A stretch of 64,000 nucleotides of DNA from an uncultured delta proteobacterium (GTDB taxonomy: Bacteria; Desulfobacterota; Binatia; Binatales; Binataceae), in assembly GCA_963756005.1 (NCBI GenBank), contig CAVWMC010000008.1:438541-502540 (forward strand). Direction: 5' to 3'. Position numbers and translations under genes: made by a program. Of this stretch, positions 49,597 through 62,333 are shown in pieces; position 1 is the first letter of the stretch, and each line of letters starts with the position of its first letter. The notes under the pieces were generated by a model. It saw only the letters and a program-made list of their open reading frames with translations, searched no databases and was not told where the DNA came from.

Positions 49597-50082
49597 TCAG
49601 TTGTCTACCTCCAAATCGTAACTGGAAGGCAATGACTCAATGCACCAACCCTGGGTGTACCCTTTACAATCTTTTGTGCGTCCTACTTGAATGGAACTCC
49701 GGTAACTCGAACCGGTCGTCTCTCCGTTATAGTAGAAGTAGAGGGTCACTGGAAATTCGAAAGTCTGCACACCCTTCTGAATGCGTTGGCCGCACCCAAC
49801 GATGAAGGAACTATGGTACGGGTCAGAGAGACCCGAAACGTAGTAATGCAGTTTTTCGTCACCCACTCTTTTGCGCAAGCTGTCCGATACATACTCGATA
49901 CCTTTGCTTTCATCTCTAAGGTTCCAAGCCCCAAGGAATTGATCTACGACTCCCAGAGCAAGCAGATACTCAGCGTCCGGCGGATCGGGACATGGAGACG
50001 AGCCATTCGCAGAAGCAACGCATCGCATAGAGCTCACGACTGCCATAAGAACTGCGAACGGCCAGACCATTCTTCGGTACAT
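49597..50082 (-). CDS. Putative periplasmic immunity protein (NTF2-like, tentative)
   Basis: Signal peptide; VVDQFLGAW..YVSDSLR..GWCIESLP; GAGG RBS; follows a toxin remnant. Confidence 0.65.
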   Translation of the reverse strand: MYRRMVWPFAVLMAVVSSMRCVASANGSSPCPDPPDAEYLLALGVVDQFLGAWNLRDESKGIEYVSDSLRKRVGDEKLHYYVSGLSDPYHSSFIVGCGQRIQKGVQTFEFPVTLYFYYNGETTGSSYRSSIQVGRTKDCKGYTQGWCIESLPSSYDLEVDN

Positions 50083-50116
50083 ATGTAACCTCTACGCAAC
50101 GGGGTTAGCGACGAAC

Positions 50117-50324
50117 TCAAAGACCCTGCCAGCACACCGTCGTTGTGCCAGTAATCGCCTAATTCGTTCGCCAACGGTTGCGATATGTCAATACCAGCGC
50201 CATTCGGGACCGTGTCGTTATACTTCTGTACGCAGGATGTACTCGTCAATTAGGTTGCTGTTTGGGTCGTAGGTGAACCTGGTCAGGTTGCCGTCCTCGT
50301 CCATGGTCTGGATGAGGTCGTGTG
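50117..50324 (-). pseudogene. Collapsed Rhs gene: YD fragment joined to an RlpA/DPBB-like toxin tip
   Basis: DEDGNLTRFTYDPNSNL, then YNDTVPNGAGIDISQPLANELG/ITGTTTVCWQGL* across frame breaks. Confidence 0.55.
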
Positions 50325-50383
50325 GCCTCCGATGCCACGACATTTATCACTCGGCGCGTCAGGGAAAATAGGTGTCGGCAGGC
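50325..50383 (+). repeat. 59-bp direct repeat, island boundary (att-like)
   Basis: Contains the last codons (PADTYFP*) of the 50359..51906 gene. Confidence 0.93.
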
Positions 50384-51906
50384 TTGCCGTTGGGGCCAGC
50401 GACGTTGCCGACCACGGGCGCCTCACCGGGGGGCGCGTTGCGGCCGAACAGCGCGGCGATTTGATCGCTATATAGTAGATGCCAGCGCGGGTCCTTCCTG
50501 ACGAGGTCGGCGCCCTTGGTGTTCACGCCCATCAGCACGTAGTCATGCGGATAGGCGTCGAGCAGGGCGGCTGATCCTTCCATCCCATAGTAAAATCTCG
50601 CGTAGTCGCCTTCCTGCTTGTCGGTGTAAACCAGCTCGCCACGCGGATCGATATAGACCTTGAACGCGTCGCCCATGTGCCACAGCACGTACGAGCCCCA
50701 TTCGAACTGGGGCAGGAGATTGCCGTGCAGGTGATGCTGCTGCATGAACGCGAGCGCGCCGGTCGGCATCGGCTTCCAGGTTTTGAGCCGATTCGAGAAG
50801 GTTCCACCGACCAGCGCCAACGCAATCGCGCAAATCGCCATCAGCGCCGCTGGCGGTTCGTCGTTGCCGGCCGGCTGCGCATCAGTTCTGCTCGCGGCCC
50901 CGCGTTCCAGCGCGAGGCTTGCGTGACGTGCGAGCGGGATCGCGACGGCGATAGCGCCGATCGCCACGTTGCGCGCGGCATAGAAGGCGGCGCCGATAAA
51001 GATCGTGGCGACCGCGAGGATCGGTGCGTCGTCGAGGTCGGGGCTGAGCGCGACCGCCGCGACAAATCCGGCGAACAGCAGCAGCGGCGTCACATCGCCA
51101 AGCAATTCGGTAGGGGAGCTTCGCCACAGCGATAGCATCATCGTCGGCAGCGGCACCCAGTCGGCGATTACCTGCCGAATCAACGGGTCGCCGACCGAAT
51201 GCGCCACGCCAAACCACAAGCCCACGCCGAACGGATTGACAATCGTAGCCGCCGCGCATCCAAGCGTGATCAGTGCGAGCCGCCATGCCGACGCCCAGCG
51301 GCGTGAGTCGCCAAACCATCCTTGAACGAACAAGGCCGCGGCCGCGATACCCAACGCGCCGAGACCGACGATGTAACCGCCGTGAAGATTGGCCCATAAC
51401 GCGAACATCGGAATCAGCGGCCACAGGATCGCGCGGCCGCGATAGACTTCGAGCGCGAGCGCCATCATCACGACCGCGATCATCATGAAGGTGAAGAGCT
51501 GCGGCCGAAATTGCATCTGGGTCGAGATGGCGACGGCGCTGAGAATCAGGGTGAGGCGCTGCACGCGGGCCGCGGCGCCGGTGGCGGAAATGCCGACGGC
51601 TAGCGCGACGATGAGGATGCTCGAGCAGGCAAGCTTCAGAAGCTTGAGGCCGAAGACGCCGAGATGCGCATAGAAAAACGCCAGCGCCACCTGCGACAGC
51701 CATTCGTGATTGTGCCAGGGCGCGCCGACCGCGCTGTAGGAATAGGTGTCGAAACGCGGGATGTGGCCGGTGCGCAGGGTGGTCTGGCCGGTCAGCATGT
51801 GAATCCACAAGTCCGGCTCGGCGAAATTGTCGGCCGTCGCGAGCGCGATCGACAGGACTACGGTCCATCGCGACGAGGAAAGGAGCGAGTAACGTTGAGG
51901 TATCAA
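50359..51906 (-). CDS. Polytopic membrane protein (GT-C glycosyltransferase-like); start uncertain
   Basis: DLWIH..G, W.NHEWL, RPQLFT, LWANLHGG, WGSY and IDPR motifs; many TM helices. Confidence 0.75.
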   Translation of the reverse strand: MIPQRYSLLSSSRWTVVLSIALATADNFAEPDLWIHMLTGQTTLRTGHIPRFDTYSYSAVGAPWHNHEWLSQVALAFFYAHLGVFGLKLLKLACSSILIVALAVGISATGAAARVQRLTLILSAVAISTQMQFRPQLFTFMMIAVVMMALALEVYRGRAILWPLIPMFALWANLHGGYIVGLGALGIAAAALFVQGWFGDSRRWASAWRLALITLGCAAATIVNPFGVGLWFGVAHSVGDPLIRQVIADWVPLPTMMLSLWRSSPTELLGDVTPLLLFAGFVAAVALSPDLDDAPILAVATIFIGAAFYAARNVAIGAIAVAIPLARHASLALERGAASRTDAQPAGNDEPPAALMAICAIALALVGGTFSNRLKTWKPMPTGALAFMQQHHLHGNLLPQFEWGSYVLWHMGDAFKVYIDPRGELVYTDKQEGDYARFYYGMEGSAALLDAYPHDYVLMGVNTKGADLVRKDPRWHLLYSDQIAALFGRNAPPGEAPVVGNVAGPNGKPADTYFP

Positions 51907-51990
51907 CGACGTGCGAGTGAATCATCGACGGCGCGCCTTCGCAATAGGCCGCCGCTTTCGCCGACTCAATCGCGCCGGTAATCTGGTTGC

Positions 51991-53133
51991 GTGAAAGCTC
52001 TCGTCATTGGCGGCGGCATTATCGGCGGCTCGGTCGCGTGGCGGCTCGCGTCTGAAGGCGTCCAGGTCAGCGTCTTCGAGCGTGGGCGTCTGGGACAGGA
52101 AGCGTCGTGGGCGGCGGCCGGACTTATCGGGCCGCAGGCTGAGGCGCACGAGCCGGGGGCGTTTTTCGATCTCGCACTGGCCGGCAAGCGATCCTTCGAT
52201 TCCATAGTTGAGCGCCTCACGGCGGAGAGCGGCGTCGATCCCGAGTATGACGCTCACGGCGTGCTCTACGTTGCGTTCGACGACGCGGCTCGCGCCGTAT
52301 TGCAGTCGCGCGCGCGATGGCAGCGCGCGGCGGGCGGCGAGGTCGAGGAGTTGTCGCCGCGAGAGGCGTTCAGGCTGGCGCCGGTGCTGTCGGAAAAGAT
52401 CATCTTCGCGCTGCACATGCCGAACAATCGGCGGGTCGAGAATCGCAAGCTGACACTCGCCTACATCAATGCCGCCACCAACGCCGGCGCCGAGTTCCGC
52501 GAGGGCGCGCGGGTCAACTCGATCGCAATCGAGAGCGGGCGCGCGACCGGTCTGCGGCTGGCGGACGGATCGCTCGAGACCGGCGACGTCGTCATCAACG
52601 CGGCCGGCGCGTGGGCGGGCGACATCCGCGGCCTCGAAGACGATCGCCTCCACTTCTATCCGGTGCGTGGGCAGATTTTATGCTTCGACGCGCGCCCCGG
52701 CCTGATTGGCCCATCGATTTTCTCAACCTCGGGAATATTGGTGCCGCGGCGCGACGGGCGCATCCTGGCCGGCTCGATTTTCGAGGAGGCCGGCTTCAAC
52801 AAGTCCGTCACGCTCGACGGGATGGAACGAATCCTGCGCGCGGTGCGCACGCTGGCGCCATCGATCGCCTCGATTCCGTTTCGCGAAGCATGGGCGGGAC
52901 TGCGCCCGGCGAGCGACGACCTGCTGCCGGTGCTCGGCCCCTCGCCGACCGTCGCCAACGTGCTTTACGCCGCCGGCCACTTCCGCAGCGGCATCCTGCT
53001 GTCCGCGGTGACCGGCGAAGTGATTGCAGACCTCGTCAAAGGCCGTCAGCCGTCGATCGATCTCGCGCCGTTTTCACCGGCGCGCTTCCGCAACGGCACC
53101 GCACGCCCGGTGAAACTCGCCGACATGATATGA
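51991..53133 (+). CDS. thiO: Glycine oxidase ThiO / DAO family
   Basis: IGGGIIG, ASWAAAGL, PVRGQ, WAGLRP and GHFRSGILL. Confidence 0.85.
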   Translation: MKALVIGGGIIGGSVAWRLASEGVQVSVFERGRLGQEASWAAAGLIGPQAEAHEPGAFFDLALAGKRSFDSIVERLTAESGVDPEYDAHGVLYVAFDDAARAVLQSRARWQRAAGGEVEELSPREAFRLAPVLSEKIIFALHMPNNRRVENRKLTLAYINAATNAGAEFREGARVNSIAIESGRATGLRLADGSLETGDVVINAAGAWAGDIRGLEDDRLHFYPVRGQILCFDARPGLIGPSIFSTSGILVPRRDGRILAGSIFEEAGFNKSVTLDGMERILRAVRTLAPSIASIPFREAWAGLRPASDDLLPVLGPSPTVANVLYAAGHFRSGILLSAVTGEVIADLVKGRQPSIDLAPFSPARFRNGTARPVKLADMI

Positions 53134-53483
53134 AGGCGCTGGGATTAATCCGCGACTTGTTCTTCCGCGCAAAGATCGACGCCGTAGCAGCTGCCGTCGG
53201 CGCAGAGGTCGAGTACGCGTCGTCTTTAGATGTGATCGCCGCGCGATGCGCCCAGCTTCGCCCCTCGATCATCTTCACCGATCTCTCAGACGCGACATTT
53301 CCGGCCCTCGAGACACTTAAACAAATCCGCGCCGCCGCGCCGGATGCGCGCGTGATCGGATTCGCCTCGCACGTCGATCTGAAACCGCTGAAGGCCGCCC
53401 GCGAAGCGGGCTACGAGATGACGCTTTCGCGCAGCGAATTCACCGCCCAACTTCCGGTCTTACTGAAAGGATCGACGCGCTGA
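53130..53483 (+). CDS. Stand-alone atypical receiver-domain protein (117 aa)
   Basis: MKALGLIRDLFFRAKI..IFTDL..IGFASHVD..AREAG..SRSEF; ATGA overlap with thiO. Confidence 0.75.
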   Translation: MKALGLIRDLFFRAKIDAVAAAVGAEVEYASSLDVIAARCAQLRPSIIFTDLSDATFPALETLKQIRAAAPDARVIGFASHVDLKPLKAAREAGYEMTLSRSEFTAQLPVLLKGSTR

Positions 53484-53549
53484 CTGTGAAACGGTGCGAT
53501 TTCATCTGGCGCGAACACTTGTCGCAAAGTGATCGCTTGAGGTGACCCT

Positions 53550-54341
53550 TTGCGCAGCGCGGTGGACCCGCTTACCAGCCTGGAGAAGATCAACCTGGCG
53601 TTCGCAATGACGTGGGCGGCGGGCTTTGTCGATCTGGTCGGGTTCGTCTCACTTTACGGCTTGTACACTTCGCACATGACCGGCAACACGGTCGGGATGG
53701 CGCGTGAAATCTCGCTGCTGGACTGGCCGGGCGTCGTCCGTCACGGATGGCCGATCGCGACGTTCGTCTTCGGTCTGATGCTCGGCGCGTTCATCTACGA
53801 GGCCGAGAAGCGGCGCAGCATCCCGGTCCCATTTCCACCGGCAATACTTCTCGAAGCGATACTGCTCGGTATCTTCATCGCGGCGGCAACCGGCACCAAC
53901 TTCAAGGCCGACATCCCGCCTCAGCCCGCGGCCAAGTTCTTCCTGATGGTCGCGCTGCTGGCGGTGCCGATGGGCATTCAGAACGTTGTGATCAGAAAGG
54001 TCGGCGGCATCAATGTGTACACGACCTTTGTGACCGGGTCGCTGGTCAAGTTCGCCGAGAGCCTATCCGAATACCTGTTCTGGCTGCGCGATCGAACGCG
54101 CGGCCGCTTCCGCGTGCGGATTCTCAAGGCTTTGCGGGTGACGCCGCGGCTGGTTACCGCGCAGCATGCAGCGCTGACGTTCGGGCTGTGGGCTATCTAC
54201 CTGACAGGCGGGGTGTGCGGCGGCTTTGCTCTACAGCAATGGAGGCTGTTGGCGATGCTTGCGCCGTTCACGCTGCTGGCGTCGGTAGCACTCTACGGCA
54301 TGTTCCGCCCGCTGGTGCCGCTATCAAAAAAAGAGTGGTGA
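53550..54341 (+). CDS. YoaK/DUF1275 membrane protein
   Basis: AGFVD, SHMTGN, MGIQN and TTFVTG. Confidence 0.88.
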   Translation: MRSAVDPLTSLEKINLAFAMTWAAGFVDLVGFVSLYGLYTSHMTGNTVGMAREISLLDWPGVVRHGWPIATFVFGLMLGAFIYEAEKRRSIPVPFPPAILLEAILLGIFIAAATGTNFKADIPPQPAAKFFLMVALLAVPMGIQNVVIRKVGGINVYTTFVTGSLVKFAESLSEYLFWLRDRTRGRFRVRILKALRVTPRLVTAQHAALTFGLWAIYLTGGVCGGFALQQWRLLAMLAPFTLLASVALYGMFRPLVPLSKKEW

Positions 54342-54414
54342 AGCGGTAGAACGATCGCATGTCGTCATCTTCAGTAAGTTCTTCTGGAGCATGCAGCGGT
54401 GATATAAATTTTGC

Positions 54415-57400
54415 ATGCGCACGCCGTTAGACGATTTTCACCCCGCCGTTCGCAGTTGGTTTGAGCGGCGATTCGCGGCGCCCTCGCGCGCGCAGGAGCT
54501 CGGATGGCCGGTCATCGGCGCGGCTAACGAGACGCCCGGGTTCGACGTCCTGCTCTGCGCGCCGACCGGCAGCGGCAAGACGCTTGCCGCGTTCATGTGG
54601 GCGATCAACGGCCTGGTGCTCGAGGCGGCGCGCGACGCGCTCCGCGATGAAGTCTCGGTGCTGTACGTTTCGCCGCTGAAGGCGCTCGCCAACGACATCC
54701 GGCTGAATCTCGAGGAGCCGCTGCACGGCGTGCGCGACGCGGGCGTGGAAGCGGGACTCGATCTTTCGCGCATCCGCGCCGGCCTACGCACGGGTGACAC
54801 GTCGGCGAGCGAGCGCACTGCGATGCTCCGCCGGCCGCCGCATATTCTCGTCACGACGCCCGAATCGCTGTTCATCCTGCTGACCTCGCCCAAGTTCCGC
54901 GAGAAACTCGCCAATGTTCGCCACGTGATCGTCGATGAACTCCACGCGCTCGCGGGCAACAAGCGCGGGGCACATCTCGCGCTGACGCTGGAGCGGCTGG
55001 AACGCTTCGTGACGAGTCGCGGGAGTGCGCGGCCGAATCGAATCGGGCTGTCGGCGACGTTGAATCCGATCGAAAAGCTCGCAGGATTCCTGGCCGGCTA
55101 CGACGTGGCTCGCGACAACACGCGCACGCCGCGCCCGATCAAAATAGTTCGCGCCGACGATCGAGTGCGTGTGATGGATCTCCAGGTTATCGCGCCCGGC
55201 CCCGAGCTGGGGCCGCTCGCGACGCATCCGCATTGGGAGGCGATGTACGACGAAGTCGCGCGGCTCATCGGCGAGCACCGCACGACGCTGGTCTTCACGC
55301 TGAGCCGCCGGCACGCGGAGCGGGTTGCGATAAATCTGCAGAAGCGGCTCGGCACTGATGCCGTGATGGCGCATCATGGCAGTCTCGCGCGCGCCGAGCG
55401 CCTGCTGGCCGAGCAGCGGCTCAAGCGTGGCGAGCTGAAAGCGATCGTGGCGACCGCGTCGCTCGAACTAGGTATCGACGTCGGCGCGGTCGAGCTCGTA
55501 TGCCAGCTCGATACGCCCAAATCGATCTCGGCGGCCATTCAGCGCATCGGGCGGTCGGGTCACAGCCTCGGCGCGACGCCCAAGGGCCGCTTTTTCGCGC
55601 TGACCACGGACGACTTGATCGAATGCGGCGCGGCGGTGCGTGCGATTCGCCGCGGGCATCTCGACGAAGTGGAAATCCCGATGGGATGCGTCGATATCGC
55701 GGCGCAGCAAATCGTCGCGATCGCCGCCGAGGAGGAAGAAATCTCCGAAGCCGACCTGCTGCGCGTGCTGCGTGGCGCGTACAACTTCGCCGAACTCGAC
55801 GCCGCCAAGCTTCGTCATCTGCTGGAACAGCTTGATGCCGAGTTAGCTGAGCGAATCATGGGCGCGGCGCCGAAAATTTTCTTCGATCGCGTCAACGCCC
55901 GCGTTCGACCGCGCCGCTCAGCGCGCCTGTCGGCGATCACGTCGGGCGGAACGATTCCCGAAGCGGGCAACTATGATGTCGTGATCGAATCCGAAGGCCG
56001 CAAGATTGGCGACGTCGAAGAGGACTTCGCGCAGGAGTCGTCGCGCGGCGACGTCTTTTCGCTCGGATCGATGCCGTGGCAGATTCGGCGCATCTCGCGC
56101 GGACGCCTGATGGTCGAGCCGGCGCCCGGGATGGCGCCGACGCTGCCGTTCTGGATCACCGAGGCGGGTGGCCGCTCGCAGGCGCTGTCGGCGGAGATAA
56201 GCGACCTGCGCCACGAAATCTGGAGTCGCCTCGAGCGCAACGAATCAGCCGAAGAATGGCTGATGAGCGAATGCGCGATGGCGGAGCGTGCGGCGACGCA
56301 AGCGGCCGACTACGTGCGGCGCGGGGTCGAGGCGCTCACTGCGATTCCCGACGCGAAGACGGTGGTCGTCGAGCGGTTCTTCGACGGCCTCGGCGGCACG
56401 CAAATCGTCATCCACACTCCGTTCGGGATTCGCCTCAACCGCGGACTCGGGCTCGCGATCCGAAAGCGCCTGTGCCAGTCGTTCGATTTCGAAATCCAGG
56501 CGTCGGCGATCGACGACGGCGTGCTGCTCGCGCTGAATTCGCGCCACAGTTTCCCGCTTGAGACGCTGTTCAGCATGTTGAAGGCGCGCACTGCCCGCGA
56601 CGTGCTGATCCAGGCGTTGCTGGCGGCGCCGATGTTCGAGGTGCGCTTCCGCCACGTCGCGACGCGCGCGCTGGCCGTAATGCGGTCGTCGCGCGGCAGG
56701 AAAGTTCCGGCATGGATTCAACGTCTGCGCTCGCAGGAACTTCTTTCGGCGATTTTTCCCGGGCAGCAGGCATGCTTCGAGAACCGGCCCGGCGCGATCG
56801 AACTGCCGGATCATTTTGTGATCGACGAAACGATCCGCGAATGCCTCGAGGAATCCACCGACCTGCCGCGCACAATCAAGCTGCTCGAAGGAATCGAGAG
56901 CGGCGCGATTCGCACCGTCGCGGTTGACGGGATCGCGCCGTCGGTGTTTGCGCATCGCCTGTTGCTGGCGTGGGACTACTCGTTTCTCGACGACGGCGAG
57001 CGCGCCAATCGCCGCTCGCGCACCGTTTCGATGAACCGCGGGATGGCCGAGGACGTGTTCCGCAAGGAGGACCTGTCGGAGCTGCTCTCGGCGGAGGCGG
57101 TGGACAGCGTCGTCGCGGAAGTGACAGGGCGCGCGCCTGGACGCAGGCCGCGATCGCGCGACGAGTTGTACGAAATGATTCGGGCGCACGGATCGATGAC
57201 GCCAGCTGAAGTTGAGGAACGCGTCGGCGAAGGCGCGCGCGCGATGATAGCAGAGCTGGACGCTGAGGGCAGAATCGCGCGCGTCATTGTCAGCGGCGAA
57301 TCAGCCGAGAGAATCATCAGCAGCGAGGACAGAGCAATCTTCGCGGCCGCCTACGACAAGAGCGGCGGCGGCGACGATGCGCGCGTCGAGCTTGTGCGGC

Positions 57401-58896
57401 GAGCACTGAAAACTTGCGGGCCGACGAATGCGGCTGAAGTTGCGGCGCGACTGTATCTCAAAGTGTCGGATATCGAGCAAAGTCTCGCGGCGCTGGAAGG
57501 GCAGGGGGCGATTTTTCGCGGCCATTTCACGCGCGCCGACATGACGCAGTGGTGCGACCGCTACAACCTCGAACGGATTCATCGGATGACGCTGGCGCGC
57601 GTGCGCGCCGAAATCGAGCCGTGCGCCGATCACGAGTATGCGGCGTTTCGGCTGATGTGGATGCATGTTGGCGGCGCGGAACTTCCCGCGGATCAGACTG
57701 GCGTTGCGGCGGTGCTCGAGCAGCTTTCAGGAATCGCAGCGACGCCGGAAATTTGGGAGCATGCGATTCTGCCGGCGCGAATCGCCGGCTATCGGCCCGA
57801 GATGCTCGACCTCGTTTGCATGAGCGGGCAGATGAAGTGGGTCGCCGTTCCGGCAGAAACCATCGACGGCGCGCATCCGGCGAGTACGCCGTCGCGGGTC
57901 ACATTCGTCGCGCGCAAAGCAAATCTGTTTGCACCGGAGATTGATGCTCCCACTGAGGACGCCAAGGAGAATGCGGTGCTGGAGGCTCTGGGAGCCGCCG
58001 GCGCGCAGTATCTCGACGAGGTTGCGGAGCGCGCGAATCTTTCCGAGCGCGACGCACTGTCGGCGCTGTGGCGGATGGCGGCGGCGGGACGTGTGAGCAA
58101 CGACAACTTCGCGCCGCTCAGGATGTTTGCCGACGATCGCGGCGCCGAGCGCGCGCTCGAGTCGGTCGCGCGCCGCCCGACGACGCGTCACGACGCTGCG
58201 GTTCGCGCGCGGTTGAAGTCGAGCCTCGCGGGACGCTGGTCGCTGATTCGCGCGGCGGAGACGCCCGCAGTCGGTGCCGACGACACGCGTGAGCTGGCGC
58301 TCAAGCTGCTCGAGCGTCACGGGATTCTTGCGCGCGAAATGCTCGGAGTCGAATCGACGCATATTTCGTGGAGCGAAATTTCGTTCGCACTGCGGCGGCT
58401 CGAGTATGGCGGCACGATTCGGCGCGGATGGTTCGTGCGCTCGCTCTCCGGCGAGCAGTACGCGCTGCCTGAAGCGGTCGAGATGCTGCACGCGGCGCGA
58501 ACTCTGATTCCAGCGCGCGAGAAGCCCGTCGCGCTCAGCGCGATCGATCCCGCCAATCCGTACGGGGTAGTGATTCCCGGATGCGGTATTGCGCGCGAGG
58601 CCGGCAACGTCGTCGTGCTGCGCGCGGGACGCGTGATTGCGGGATTGCAGGGACGCGCGATGATCAGCGGCGGCGACACTGAGGTAGATGACGAGAGTTT
58701 CGGCGCGGCGGTCGCTGCTCTGATGACGTTAAAGCCGCGTATCGTCGTCGATTCGATCGATGGCGTGGCGGCGCTCGAATCGCCGCGGGTCGGAATCCTG
58801 GCCGCGATGCGCTTTCATTCCGATGGGCGATCGCTGGTCTTCGACGGCCTGCACGGGCCGGCGCCGGCACGGTCAAGACAAGCAAATCTAAAGTGA
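54415..58896 (+). CDS. lhr: Lhr ATP-dependent helicase (full length, with C-terminal wHTH region)
   Basis: APTGSGKT, YVSPLKAL, RTGDT, TTPESL, VDELH, HHGSL, SLELGIDVG, QRIGRSGH and SGGTIP; C-terminal GEQYA and DPANPYG. Confidence 0.92.
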   Translation: MRTPLDDFHPAVRSWFERRFAAPSRAQELGWPVIGAANETPGFDVLLCAPTGSGKTLAAFMWAINGLVLEAARDALRDEVSVLYVSPLKALANDIRLNLEEPLHGVRDAGVEAGLDLSRIRAGLRTGDTSASERTAMLRRPPHILVTTPESLFILLTSPKFREKLANVRHVIVDELHALAGNKRGAHLALTLERLERFVTSRGSARPNRIGLSATLNPIEKLAGFLAGYDVARDNTRTPRPIKIVRADDRVRVMDLQVIAPGPELGPLATHPHWEAMYDEVARLIGEHRTTLVFTLSRRHAERVAINLQKRLGTDAVMAHHGSLARAERLLAEQRLKRGELKAIVATASLELGIDVGAVELVCQLDTPKSISAAIQRIGRSGHSLGATPKGRFFALTTDDLIECGAAVRAIRRGHLDEVEIPMGCVDIAAQQIVAIAAEEEEISEADLLRVLRGAYNFAELDAAKLRHLLEQLDAELAERIMGAAPKIFFDRVNARVRPRRSARLSAITSGGTIPEAGNYDVVIESEGRKIGDVEEDFAQESSRGDVFSLGSMPWQIRRISRGRLMVEPAPGMAPTLPFWITEAGGRSQALSAEISDLRHEIWSRLERNESAEEWLMSECAMAERAATQAADYVRRGVEALTAIPDAKTVVVERFFDGLGGTQIVIHTPFGIRLNRGLGLAIRKRLCQSFDFEIQASAIDDGVLLALNSRHSFPLETLFSMLKARTARDVLIQALLAAPMFEVRFRHVATRALAVMRSSRGRKVPAWIQRLRSQELLSAIFPGQQACFENRPGAIELPDHFVIDETIRECLEESTDLPRTIKLLEGIESGAIRTVAVDGIAPSVFAHRLLLAWDYSFLDDGERANRRSRTVSMNRGMAEDVFRKEDLSELLSAEAVDSVVAEVTGRAPGRRPRSRDELYEMIRAHGSMTPAEVEERVGEGARAMIAELDAEGRIARVIVSGESAERIISSEDRAIFAAAYDKSGGGDDARVELVRRALKTCGPTNAAEVAARLYLKVSDIEQSLAALEGQGAIFRGHFTRADMTQWCDRYNLERIHRMTLARVRAEIEPCADHEYAAFRLMWMHVGGAELPADQTGVAAVLEQLSGIAATPEIWEHAILPARIAGYRPEMLDLVCMSGQMKWVAVPAETIDGAHPASTPSRVTFVARKANLFAPEIDAPTEDAKENAVLEALGAAGAQYLDEVAERANLSERDALSALWRMAAAGRVSNDNFAPLRMFADDRGAERALESVARRPTTRHDAAVRARLKSSLAGRWSLIRAAETPAVGADDTRELALKLLERHGILAREMLGVESTHISWSEISFALRRLEYGGTIRRGWFVRSLSGEQYALPEAVEMLHAARTLIPAREKPVALSAIDPANPYGVVIPGCGIAREAGNVVVLRAGRVIAGLQGRAMISGGDTEVDDESFGAAVAALMTLKPRIVVDSIDGVAALESPRVGILAAMRFHSDGRSLVFDGLHGPAPARSRQANLK

Positions 58897-58916
58897 TACT
58901 TGAAGGCAGAACCTAA

Positions 58917-58938
58917 CCCCTTCCTGCGCGAGAAGGGG
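58917..58938. repeat. Short REP-like hairpin ccccttc..gaagggg
   Basis: Hairpin just downstream of lhr. Confidence 0.4.
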
Positions 58939-59108
58939 AAACGGTCGCTGAGACCCAGCCGACGCTGTGTTCCGCGATTTGCCAGTTGAATCGGCGCGCT
59001 CGCGCGCTATTCTGAACGCATAACAAATTAATCGGATTGGCCGGCGCGCAGGCTTCGCGACACCTGCGTCAAATTCCATCATCGCACTCAACAGGCAGGG
59101 CTTTATCA

Positions 59109-61871
<2,763 letters not shown>

Positions 61872-61927
61872 CGAGCGAGCGGAGGCAGAATCTTGAAGCG
61901 CGCGCGAAAGAGCGCGCTGAATAAGGA

Positions 61928-61964
61928 CCCTCACCTTCGATCCTCTCCCTTACAGGGAGAGGGG
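61928..61964 (+). repeat. REP-like hairpin ccctcacc..cctctccc..gggagagggg
   Basis: Lies between convergent genes; same family as 14767-14802. Confidence 0.7.
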
Positions 61965-61970
61965 AAGAAC

Positions 61971-62279
61971 CTATTGCATGTGGCTGGCGGCGGCGCCGGA
62001 GACGGTCGAGACGCTCGGCGCGCCGGCGGCGGCTGGAGCTTTCTTCTTGAGTGCGGGGTCGTCGCTCGAAACGCATTTGTAGAAAGGCTGAACCTTCTTC
62101 AATTGCGCCTTGCATCCCGCCTCGGATTTAAGCGTCTTGAACGTGAGCCATTGGGACATGGGCGCCGCGGTATTCATCTTGTAGTCGCCCGACGCATCTT
62201 TGACCGGCGGATAAACCGGCGGCGGCAGCATCAGGTACCAGCTAATCAACACCGCCGCGGTCGCATAACACTTTCGCAT
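61971..62279 (-). CDS. Small secreted hypothetical protein
   Basis: Hydrophobic N-terminus, WYLMLPP, APMSQW, C..C and DDP.L. Confidence 0.65.
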   Translation of the reverse strand: MRKCYATAAVLISWYLMLPPPVYPPVKDASGDYKMNTAAPMSQWLTFKTLKSEAGCKAQLKKVQPFYKCVSSDDPALKKKAPAAAGAPSVSTVSGAAASHMQ

Positions 62280-62333
62280 GTCCAATCAGTTACCGATTTT
62301 TCCGGCTGAATGCGATAGCCGCGTGAGCGCGGC

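Larger units (their letters stand above)
45020..50324. mobile_element. Integrase-less genomic island with Rhs toxin/immunity remnants
   Basis: Flanked by 59-bp direct repeats; visibly more AT-rich; fragmented cargo. Confidence 0.78.

Noticed and set aside
45020-50324. Island as an integron cassette array
   Set aside because: No intI, and no repeated attC sites after the cargo genes.
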